This document shows, one piece after another, positions 12,718 through 29,392 of a DNA stretch of 64,000 nt. The notes below the pieces were generated by a model, which made no database searches, was not told where the DNA came from, and saw only the letters and a list, made by a program, of their open reading frames with translations. A program made the translations under genes and the position numbers. The first letter of the stretch is position 1, and every line of letters begins with the position of its first letter. The stretch comes from Camelus ferus. Lineage: Eukaryota. The DNA lies in NCBI RefSeq assembly GCF_009834535.1, contig NC_045705.1:67270001-67334000 (forward strand). Direction: 5' to 3'.

Positions 12718-15700
12718 TCACTTCTCGAAGTAGGGCAGGTAGAAGAACTGGAAGCCCCGGTGTCCCTTCACCGCACAGTAGATGAAGATCACGTGGTAGA
12801 CTGCAGGGCGGGGTCTGTCAGCGCCGGGGCCCCGCCCCGCCCCGCCCCGCCCCGCCCCGCCCGCGCCCGGCGCCCACTCGCACCTCCCGGGACCAACAAC
12901 AGGAAGCCAGGCACGAAGAAGATGGCGCTGGAGACACCTGCGGGATGGGAGGAGGGCCGGGTCAGGGCAGGGAGGCTCCCGGGCGGGACTGCGGGGTCAC
13001 TGCCTGGGCAAGTTTCACTCTCCGAGGTAAAAGGGGCCGTTTCCTGCCGGGGGGGGGGGTTGCTGAGTGCTGGGGAGGTGTAAGGGCTTGCCAAAGACTC
13101 CTGAGCACAGGAGGGGAGTGAGCGCTGCCTGCGGGGGTTGGAGGGGGCACTCACCTGGCGAGGGGGCCACCTCCAGTCCCACGGCGATCAGGATCAGCAC
13201 TGCACATAGACGAAGCCGCGAAGGTGAGGGAAGGAGCAGGGGGGCAGTGGCAGGTGGCAGGGTGGGGACCTTCACCCGCAACCCCCAACATAGCTTAGGC
13301 CTGAGGAATGGTGTCCCCCACCTGAGCTGAAGGTCCCCTGGGCAGAGAACCACCCAGGCTCACCAAGCTCTGTGCTTCCAGAGCAGGGCACCTGGCAGGC
13401 CCTGGGAAAAGTCTGTGAAAGGAGAGATTTTTGTCTGCTTCTTGGTGTGGCCTTTTCATCAATCAACAAACATTTAATGGAGCAACTGCTGAGTGCCTGG
13501 TACTGGGAATCCCATGGGGGGAAGGCAGATGAGGTCCCTGCGTCCATGGCCCTTCCCTAGTGGAGCAACTGACAAGAACCTCCCTGGTGATCAGGCAGCA
13601 CAGGAGCCTGGGAGATCGTGGAGGGCTTCTTGGAGGCACTAGTATCTAAGCTGAGCAGAGACAGCAGCAGCAGTAGCAGTTACCATTTAGTGACCACTTA
13701 CCAGGTACTGCCAGGCACTGAGCTGAGTGTGTTATATGAGATGCCTTATTTAATTGTCACCTTGACTAAATCAAACAGGTATTATCATCCCCATTTCACA
13801 GAAGAGGGAACTGAGGCATAGAGAGGCAGTAACTTGCCCAGGGCTGCATTTGGAAGGTGGAGGTGATCTGACTCCAGAGGCTTTGCTATGGGCATCTCAC
13901 AGGCAGAGAGGGAGAGGAGGAGTATTCTGGATAAAGGGAATAGCCTGGCAAAGGCCCAGCGTCTGGAGGGAACTTGGGGCTTTCTAGGAACTTCCAGCTT
14001 TTGGCGAGACTGGAGAGGCAAGAGTCCAGGCTTGAGGAGTTTGGCAGGGCTTGTAAGCCCTAGGGAGGGATGCAGAATTTGGCTGAGGACAGTGGGCACT
14101 GGGGAAGTTGGGGAGGTCATGGCTGGATCAATTTTTCAGACCCAGAGAGAGTCCTGGGTCCCCAGTTAGAGGATGGGATGGGGGGAAGAGGGGAGCTGGG
14201 CTCTGCAGCAAGGGGGTGTGGTACAGCACAGAGCACCTCAAAAAGGGTGGGATGGGGCTGAAACTCACTCCCTGTACCCTGGCTTAGGGCTTTGGGCTCT
14301 GTCCACGCGGAGGAGGCATCTATTTCTAATTCTTACAAAGGCTCTTTATGGGTCTGTGGTGGCCCACAGGCCTGGCAATGTCACTGATGTGGGTTTAACT
14401 CCCAGCTCATCTACTTCTCAGCTGTGACCCTTCACCTGCCTGAGTCTGTGTCCTTATTTTTGAACTGGGAGGGAGGGTAGTGATGCTTGCCCTGTCGGGT
14501 GTTGAGATAAGGCATGTGGCCGGTGTGACCCGTGGCCAGCACGCAGTAGGTGTTGGGGAAGCAGTGGTTCCCTCTCCTGCCCACAGACATCCAGAGCTGA
14601 GGTGAGGATGCTGCCCAGCTTTCTGGCCAAGGAACTTTGACCTTCCTGGAGGAGGAAGGGCAGCTGCCACAGTTGGCCCTCCTCATGAGCTCCTCTTGAT
14701 CCCAACCCTAGATCCCTTCTGGGGACCCTGACTCCTCAGCCCTATATAAAGAGGAGCGTGGGAGTCAGAAAACATCTGGCTGTGGTTCTGCCTGCTCTGG
14801 GCCTCAGTTTCCCCATCTGAGTGTTGGGGGTGGGAGATAGGTCCTGGTCAGCTCTCAGACTCCACAGAAGGGGGAGTGACAGGTGCCCTGTGGATCTGGC
14901 TGGCAGGGCGCTCTGCAGCCCCGGCTGTGGGGCCAGGCATATCTCTGAGCACCCGCCCCTACATAAGTTCTGGGCTGTGGCCCAACCTCTCACTTGCTGC
15001 GTGACTTCTATAAGGATGGAAAATAAGCCTGCCCGGCCCCTGGCTCGAAGTAGAATAAATGGTAGCTGTTACTCTCTGTTCTCTGATAAACAGGCTAAAA
15101 AACAAACAAAAACCCAAAAACAAAAACCAAAAAGGAAAGGAAACGTTTGGAGCACTGAACCAGGTTCCATTTTCAACTATGTCTGACTTCTTGGCTGTGC
15201 AACCTGGAGGCTGGACCTGCTCCTCTCAAGGCCTCAGTTTCCTCACCTGTAAAATGGGGTGGGGTCATGGCAGCCAGCTGCCTCCTCAGGATGCTAGGAG
15301 GCTGAGTGTGCCAGGGGGCACACAGAGCCTGAAGAAGAGAAGGGTGGATCCCCCCATGGGGGTAGGCAGGATATACAGGGGGCCCTCAGGGGCACTCACC
15401 CAGCCCCAGCAGTAGGAGCAGGAAGGAGGCTAGCACTACCCGGCGGTTCTTCTGGATCAAAGGGTGTTGAGTCCAGCTGGATGGCAGGAGAGCAGGGTGG
15501 GTGTGAAAGAGGTGGTAGTGGGCTCAGCCCCTCCTGTCACTTTTCCCAACCCGGAGAGCTGAGGGGGACTCGCCAGGGCTGCCTGTGCTGGGGCCGAGGC
15601 CACAGGTGGTATGAGCAGGACAGGGTCTCACCTGCAGCAGGCATTGTAGGAGCGCTGAGTGCTGCTGCTGATGGTGCTAAAGGACCACTGGGAGCTGCGG

Positions 15701-17272
15701 ATGGATGTTTGGCCAGAATCCCTGCAGGACAAGTGGGCCCAGTGAGGGGGGAAGAGGAGGTGAGGAAGGGGACCCTTCGGGAATGAGGATGTGGTGGGGG
15801 ATGGTGCAGGGACTCGGGCTGGGTGTTCCTGCAGGATAGGGGACACTGAGAAAGGACAGGGATGAAGATGAATTCAAGGGCTGGGAGTTTCTGCAGGATA
15901 AAGAGCCTGGTGGGGGTGAGTGGGTGAGGCTGGCACTAGGGTAGGGTGCAGGACAGAGGACCCCATGTAGAGGTCCCTTGTAGACAGGATGGGAGAGAAC
16001 TGAGTGAGGTGAGGTGGAGGAGTGAGCAGGGCCCTGGAGACAGGAGCAGAGGCATGGGGCTAGGAGTATGGCTTGGGTCCCCACCTGGCCCTGACCTGGT
16101 GCTGACTCCCCCATCCGGCTCTGGAGATGCCTGGGCTCCATCTTCATCGTTTTCCAGGTTCTATTCCAGAACACAGGGCTTAGGGGTTACTGAGTTCAGG
16201 TCCTTCCTCCCCTCTCATGGAGAGGAGGAAGGTGAGCCCACACAGCTGGCTGCCTGGCTGCCTGACAGCTGCTCACCTGGCCCTCCGCCCTCCCCGCAGA
16301 ACAGGTTTGATGATTCACAGAAACTGAAACCCAGGTAGGAGGTGGGTGCTGGGGGCTTTGGCAGGGAGGAGCCGGCAGGGGCTGGTTGAGGGCTCCCAGC
16401 GGGGGTCCCAGAGCCAGGAGATCTCCCAAGATTGGGAGTCAGGGTGCAGTTGTCAGGATGGTATTTCAGGGGCCCAGGATAGAGTCTCTGGATTTGGGGT
16501 GCCAGGGAAGGACAGGCCAGTGATTTCCAGGTTTGAGGCAAAGGAATCTGGACTAATTTTCCAAGAAAAGGATCCTAGAGTTGGTGGATGTCCTCTGGGA
16601 AAAGGGGGACTTCCAGTTTAGTGGGAGTTGAATCATAGGCAAGGACTCATCATGTGAGCGGGGTCCTCCAGCTTAAAGGGGAAGGATGGGGTGGGGACTT
16701 CCAGCACAAAAGACGGGGTACTGGTTCCTGTTAGATCATCTGGCCTGGGACTCAGAGGGCTGCTTCTGAGTGTGGACTAAGTCTGGTTCAGGTACAGAAG
16801 AGCTCCCCTACCCTCTGGGGTAAGAGGAGGGAGGGTCAGTACCCAGAATCGGTGGACTCCAGGTTGGGATCTCCAGCTAAGGGTGGGGGCCGAGCTCCCA
16901 GGTCTGGACTCTGGGCTCTCCAGTGGTGACTGGGGACCAAAATCAGAGCTGAGAGGGTCTTGGAAGGGACACAGATCAGTGGCCACGTCCGGGGGGCGGT
17001 CTCCCGCTCCGGCTGAGGCCTCTAGTCAGATTCTTCCAAGTTGGGGTTCTCTAGGGTCCGCCCCAGCCAGGCAGGGTGAGGTGGGCCGGGCCGTTCACCT
17101 GGTAGCGCAGCCGGGACTGCTTGTCCTCGTCGGCCACCTCGAACCGGGCCCGGCGCTCGAAATGCAGCGGCCCAAAGCGGGCGACTCCGCTGGACTCAGG
17201 CCCAGGGCCCGCGTCCTCCAGGGACAGCTCGAAGGCATCATCGATGCTGAATTGGGGCCGGGAGGCGCTCAT
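12718..17272 (-). CDS. TMEM134: Transmembrane protein 134, 195 aa
   Basis: Exons 17099-17272, 16096-16160, 15632-15721, 15400-15476, 13155-13199, 12884-12937, 12718-12800 (588 nt). MSASRPQFSIDDAFELSLED to GFQFFYLPYFEK. Confidence 0.96.
13660..13880. mobile_element. MIR SINE relic
   Basis: CCCCATTTCACAGAAGAGGGAACTGAGGC..AACTTGCCCAGGG core. Confidence 0.7.
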
Positions 17273-17700
17273 GGCCCCGGCCCGCTCAGGCGCCCTGCGC
17301 TGTCGCCATCTGAGCCAGCCAGCCCCGCGTCGCCGCGGCCCCGCCCATGCGCGCAGGCCCCGCCCCGTCGTCTAGGTTGCTCGACGGTCCGGCGCCCAGG
17401 CCAAGGCCCCGCCCCTACGTGACGGCCCCGCCCCCGCCCGCCCTCAGCAGGGCAGAGCTGCCGAGCGCCGAGCAGACTAGTGGACTGGGCGCTTCTCCTC
17501 CGGACCGAGCTGGGCTCGCAGCGCCGCCCAGCGGCCGCCCCGGCGAGAGACAGCGGGGGCTGCTCTCGGAAGCTACGCCTGCGTCTGTGCAAGGGGCATG
17601 GAGGGGCTGCCAGGCGCAGGCTCCCCGGCCGGAGATGGAGCGTTCTGCATCCCAGCCCGCTCTTCGAGTGCCTTGGTGACTCCTGGCAACTGTTCCCCAC
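16950..17700. promoter_or_regulatory. CpG island and GC-box promoter of TMEM134
   Basis: CpG-dense, multiple CCCGCCCC boxes, NRF1-like CATGCGCGCA near 17346. Confidence 0.75.
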
Positions 17701-17779
17701 CCTCCCTCACCACAGCCCTGCACGGGAGGGGTACTCCTACCACCTTGCTGGTGTGGAAACAGGCTCAGAGAGCTTATGT

Positions 17780-18340
17780 GGTTTGTACTCTCCCCAAATT
17801 CAGTCTCCACGCAGCAGCCTAAGTGGTCTTTTAAAGCATATCTGACCCTTTTCCCTGCGTGTTAGTCTTAAATTAAAAAAAATTTTTTTTGAAGTATGCT
17901 GCCAAGTCACTACTCTGCATAAAACCACCTATTGGTTTCCCATTGTGGTTAGAATATCTGAAGTCTTAATTAAGGTCCACAAATTTCTGAATGCCCTGGT
18001 CCCTGCCTCTCTCTCCCCTGCCTCCCTCTCCCAATCTCATCAAGTCCCTCTCTGTCCGTCTTTCAGCTCACTCAGCCACAGGCCAAGCTCGTTCCCATCT
18101 CAGGGTCTTTGTACGTGCTGTTTTCTATGCCTGGAAAGCACTGGATCTTGCTCTTTCATCAGCGGGGTCACCTCTCAGAGAAGCCATTCCTGACTAAGCA
18201 ATCTGAAGTCAGTTTCACATCACACAGCACCTACTTAAAGTTATTTCCCACTGTCTTATTCACCATTGTGTCCACAGTGCCCAGCACAGTGTTTGACACT
18301 AAATAGATCCCCAGCAAATATTTGTGAAAGATGTGAACAA
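17780..18340. mobile_element. L2 LINE 3' fragment
   Basis: CAGGGTCTTTGTACGTGCTGTTTTCTATGCCTGGAA..CCCAGCACAGTG..AAATATTTGTGAA. Confidence 0.55.
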
Positions 18341-18639
18341 GTGCTTTGCCCAAATCCCTGCAAGTGGTAGAACTGGGATTTGAATCCAGGTTCAGCTACC
18401 TCTAGGGGTACTCATCCTCCTCCATCTCTCCACCCCACTTCATTTTATGACCTCATGTACAGAGTTGAGTCAATCCTGCTTCTCAGTTTGTGACACATCT
18501 TCACTATGAACAAGGCCTCCTGAATTATGTTAATTCATCTTCCTCCTTTCCCCATTTTTCCTCCTCCCCCCTCTCTTTCACTGGGACCCACTTCAGTGGG
18601 CTCAGCATCCTTGAATCTTGCCTGGCCTTCTACTGCACA

Positions 18640-21560
18640 TGGCACTGGCTCGTTTGTGGATGTTTGCAATTTACAAATATGGCGTCGTGTATAATACTCA
18701 TTCTGTTGTTTGCATTTTTACACTCAACACTGTTTTCCACATTCATCTCATTTTTTGCTTCTACTAGCTGCATGTGGTTGTGCATGTTGAGCATCCAGCT
18801 CTTTTATTATGCACCCCTCAGTGATGCACACTTAGCTTGGCCTCAGTGCCCCATCGCACGTGTTGCTGCTGTGAACATCTTCACACCATCCGTTTATGGT
18901 ACGTGCCATGGATGGTCTCCTGAGTGGTTGTACAAATTTGTACACCCACCACGCAGGTTCTGGTTTTCTCTTAAGTATTCGGTATTCCAGCTTTTTAATG
19001 GCTTGCCAATCTGATGACTCTAAAGGGGTGGCTCGTTTTCATCTGAGTTCTCTGTTGATGGGAGAATGTGAACAGCTCTTCATGCTCTGGTGGTCCTTTT
19101 TCTGTGGATTGTTCAAAGCCTTTGTCCATTTTTTTTTCTATTGGGTTTCTAGCCCTTCTCCCTTCTGATTTGTATGTCTATACATATCTAAGTATTAATC
19201 CTTTGCAGGGTTTGATGTTGCATATAATTCCTCCTTGTCAGTCTTTGTCTCACTCTGTCTAAGGTACCCTTAGTTAAAGAAAAGCTCTCATTTTTATATA
19301 GTCAAATCCATTAGGTTTGTGCTCTTTGAATCTTGTTTGAAGTCTTTCCTCACTCTGAGGTTACAAAGATATTCTCCAACATCTATTCTACTGGCCTGAT
19401 AGTTTTACTATCTAGAAAAGGCTTGCAACAAAATAGTTCACTGACTCTGGAGCCAAGCTGCCTGTACTGGAATTCCCGACTTCTCCTCACTACCTTTGGG
19501 ATCTTGGAAAACCAGGACTAGGGTGAGGGGAATGAAGAAGTCCCCTTGGGTGAAAAATTTAAGGGGACACCATAAAACTCAGTAAGCAAGATCAATATCT
19601 TAATGCATTATTTTAAAAAATTATTTGATATAAGGCAAAAATCCATGATGAACAAAATACCAATTTTTAAAAATAAAAAAAGGATTCAACCTTGCATGAC
19701 ACCTCACTCCAGTCCTGGCCTTGCTTGAGCAAGTTACACAATCTTCCTGTGCCTCAGTTTCCTCATTTGTCAGATGGAGGTAATAATAGTGTTTCCCTCA
19801 CAGCATTAATTTAGGATTAAATGAGTTAATACATAGTAAGGAGCATAACACAGTGCCTGGCATATATTAAGTACTTGATCAATGTTAGGTATTATTACAA
19901 TTCAAAAGATCCTTAACCCTATGGTTTGTACCTTTGAAAGTGGTGCAAGAAAAGACCTAGATTTCAAGGTAGAGTGAACCAGTTTCCTCAGCACTATCTA
20001 CCAAATAATCAGTTTTTTCTTCCTCTGAACAGTGGTGGCACTTTTATCACATACCAAGTATATTGTTGTTAACATAAATATCTTTGTTAAGCTCTCTTTT
20101 GGTTCCTTTGGTCCGCTTGACTAATTGTCAGCCAGTATCATGTGCTTTTTATTACTGAGGTTTGCAGTGTGGTTTAAGATGGCAGGGCAAGTCCCCTGCT
20201 TTGGTCATCTTTTTCAAACTTGATCTAGTCTTTCATGGACCTTTATTCCTTTACAGAACTTTGACAAAAATCTTCAACAATCCTCCCAACTTTCACGGGG
20301 ATTTCATTTACTTTCTAGATTAATTTCAGGAGAAATCACAGCTTTAAATGTTAAACTGTTCTAGTCATTAACGAGGTATGTTACTTCAGTTATATCTTCT
20401 TCTATATCCTTAAAAGTTTTTTTTTCTCCAAAAAGTTCTGGGCTGTGTTTTTATTTCCTAAATACTTTTAGTTTTTATTGTTGTTGTGAATGGTACCTTA
20501 TTTTCTACTGCATTATTGGGTGGGTTATGGACAGTGTTAAGAGTGTTATTAATTTTTGGTAGCTTATTTTATATCTCTGTAACATTGCTGAACTCTCTAA
20601 TTTGTTAAAATAGTCTATAGATTCTGTTGGATTTTCTATGTAGATATAATCACTCTCATTTCTTTTTCTTGTTTTTTTGCTTTGACCAGTGCTTCTAATA
20701 CTTTGCTAAACAGCATTACCAATGGAGAGCATTCTTTAGTTTGTTCCTGATCTTGAAGGGAATGTCAATACTTACTCCATCATACTTAATTGCACATGAC
20801 TTTTGGCAACCTGAGAAAGTTGTTCTTTTTTCCTAACTGTGAGTTTTTGTCATAGTCACACAACTTCATTAAATGCTTTTTCTGCATATTTTGAAATAAC
20901 CATTTGACTTTTCTTTTTTAGTTCCCTGATGTGATGAATTAAATAGTGGATGTTTCTAATATGAAACCATTCTTACATTCTTGGAATGAGCTCTACTTGA
21001 TCTTGATGCTTATTTCTTTTGAGAAAAAAATTCAAAATTTTAATTGTGGTAAAATACACATAACATAGAATTTACTGTCTAAACATTTTTAAATGCATAG
21101 TTCAGTAGTATTAATTATATTCACATTGTTGTACATCCAATCTCCAGTTTTTCATCCTGCAAACTGAAACTATATATCCATTACACAACAATGCTTCACT
21201 TCCCCCCTCCCCAAAGTCAACTACCATTCAACTTTGTCTCTATGAATTTGACTACTCTAGGTACCTCATATAAATGGAATCATATAGTATCTTTTTGTGA
21301 ATGATGTTCATTAGCATTATTGATGCGTTTTTATATATACTAGTGGCTTCAACTAGCTTAACATTCTCTTAGGATTTTCCACACCTATATTTATTAGTAA
21401 AATGGGTGTATACTTTTCTTGCCTTATGGTATTCTTATCTGGTTCAGGATCAATATTAAACAAGCCTCATAAAATGTTGGTTGGCTTTCCCTCTTTTACC
21501 ATTTTCTGGAACAATTTTGTAAGACAGACTGTTGCTTCAAAATTTGGCAGAACTTGCCTG
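18640..21560 (-). mobile_element. Cluster of antisense L1 fragments with nested MITE and MIR insertions
   Basis: T-rich L1 antisense texture. L1MA/MB 3' end at about 21030-21310 (TTGTGGTAAAATACACATAAC). Confidence 0.6.
19514..19720. mobile_element. MER53-like hAT MITE
   Basis: GGACTAGGGTGAGG..AAAATTTAAGGGG..AAAACTCAGTAAGCAAGAT..CCATGATGAACAAAATA. Family name is from recall. Confidence 0.5.
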
Positions 21561-22179
21561 TAAAACTTCCTGTGTGGGTAAAAAACAAAAGCATAGACAA
21601 ATAAAGCGTGGTTCCTTTTCACCCCCGAGGTTCCACCTCTCTCAGGGGACTTGTGGGAAATGTACCAGTCTAAGTATCTGAAGCACTTAGCATGTGGGTC
21701 AAAGGAGACAGACAATATCCTTCGCAGTTATGGGGATGAGATGAAGACAGCCCACGCGCCCCAAGACACTTCCTGTGTTCAGTTACCTAAAACCTGGAAA
21801 GTGGGAGAGGAAGACTCATGGTAGCTGTTTTTCACAGCTCGTTTCCAGAGGCGGAGAGAAAGGTTGTTTTAGCCTCCTAAGTACCTCACTTCTAGCATTC
21901 GTGTATTCCCTAATATTCACGGGCACCTACTATGTGCCAGACACCATGGAGGGTTCCGTGGTGACAACACACCCACGCGGGACTCCACAAGGGGCTGTCA
22001 TTCCTTTGGGGAGTTTACAGTTCCCACAGGAATAGTGAAACCCTCTTTCCCCTCCTTCTTACTCCTAGTTTTATTTCTTTTTTTTTAGTGGGAAAAATCC
22101 AGGGTGCAAAAGTCATGACTACTGTGCTGGATATGCTAAAAGAAAAGCCCAGAAAGGAATACACAGATATAGGAGTTTT

Positions 22180-22338
22180 TTGGTTTTTTTCCCCAAACTT
22201 TGGGGGGGAGATCAGTGAGTCTATTTATTTATTACTAGCTTTTTTTTTTTCTGTTTTTTTTAATGTAGGTGCTGGGGATTGGACCCAGGACCTGCTGCAT
22301 GCTAAGCATGCGCGCTACCACTTGAGCTACAACCTCCC
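22180..22338 (-). mobile_element. tRNA-derived camelid-type SINE (Vic-1-like)
   Basis: The reverse complement reads GGGAGGTTGTAGCTCAAGTGGTAGCGCGCATGCTTAGCATGCAGCAGGTCCTGGGTCCAATCCCCAGCACC plus tail. Confidence 0.8.
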
Positions 22339-22767
22339 GTCGCAAACATAGTAGTTTCAAGCGGTGGCTTTACGGATGGGCTCCCCCCGCCCCATGCTAG
22401 TTCTATAATGCTGTGACACTTCTTCTACAACTTTAAATAGACTGGCAGAAGGCCACGTTGGAGGGCCCAGTCCAAATCAAATCAATGACACAAACGCTAG
22501 AGCCGCCCCCGCCGGGCCGACTCCGGCCGCGTCTCTCTGACAGGCCCCAGTCACTCCCCTCCCCTAGAAAGTCTCAGGCCCCGCCCCTGGCCAGACACGC
22601 ACACTCAGCCGCCGCGCAGAGAGCCAACAATCGTCCGCTTCCGCGTTCGGGTCGTTTTCGCCGTCTGCCCTTAGCCAAAATGGCGTCAGCTCGGAAGTTG
22701 CCGAAGCAGGTCCGGAAGCTGCCGAGCGAATCCGGAAGTTGCCGAAAGAGAGCAGCGGGGAAGGAGG

Positions 22768-28415
<5,648 letters not shown>

Positions 28416-28502
28416 TGGGGTCCTGCCTGGCCCGGCCACCCTGCCTAGCCCACTGCTGCTGTCGCCAGTTCGCCCGCCCCAACTCTACCATGCTTCTCTG
28501 TA

Positions 28503-28508
28503 TATAAA
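28503..28508 (+). terminator. Candidate variant poly(A) signal TATAAA of AIP
   Basis: About 90 nt past the stop, followed by T- and GT-rich sequence. No AATAAA nearby. Confidence 0.45.
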
Positions 28509-29186
28509 AGCCTTATTTATCTCTCTGTGTCTGGGCCCACTGAGCTGATCCATGGGGAGAGCCGGGGTCATCACCTCACTTTTCCTGGTACTTGGGTGGC
28601 TTTGAGAGGCAGAGGATTGGGGTTCTAATCCCAGCTCCCCTTTCACCAGCTTGGAGACCTCTCTGGGCCTCAGCAACCCTAAGAGAGAAATGAGGAGGAT
28701 GATCTTGTCACAAAGGAAGTGTTTTTTGCTGCCCATGGCTGAGGCTTCTGGGAGCTTTCAGTCTTAAGATGGAGTCAAAGGAAGCTCAAGCCAGGAGGCT
28801 GTGTCCGGGTGAGGTGGGCTCCCAGTGCAGCCCTCCCTGCTCTCATCCCATGGTCCCATGGGCTCAGCTTCTGGGAACAGAGGCTCCAGTGAGGACCCAA
28901 GTCTGGGCCCCAGCGAACTGAAAGGCTGGCCTGGGTAGGGAGGCTGGGGAGGGGTGGGGTAGGCTGATTCTCCAGGAGGAGGCCTTGTGGAAAGTGGAGG
29001 ACAGAGCTCTTCACAAGACCTCCGAGGCCCAGGCCCCAATCCTGGCCCTGTCGTCTGGCCTGTCGCATGACCCTGGGCACCTCCTGGCCTCTCTTTGCCC
29101 TTCAGCATCTCCATCAAACTATAAACGTGGGCTGGGCTGCCCTGTGATGCCAGGCAGGTGGGCAATCAGGTAGGCTGCAGGTGGTG

Positions 29187-29192
29187 TTTATT
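29187..29192 (-). terminator. PITPNM1 poly(A) signal AATAAA
   Basis: TTTATT on the + strand, about 200 nt past the stop. Confidence 0.7.
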
Positions 29193-29392
29193 TTCATGGA
29201 TTTACACACACTGGAAAAGCCTCTGGACCCTCCTCCCACTCCCAGGGCTGGCCCCCAGCACGAAAGGGAAGTAACACTGAGGGGCAGGCGAAGATGCAGG
29301 ATGTGGGGCTGGGGGCCCAGCCTTCCACATGCGGCCACTTGGGCCCCTCAAGTGTGTGAATAAATAGTCCAAGTCCAGCCACAGTTTAGGCC

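Noticed and set aside
18490-19014. 174-aa hydrophobic ORF
   Set aside because: It lies mostly in T-rich antisense L1-derived sequence, which produces spurious Phe/Leu-rich frames.
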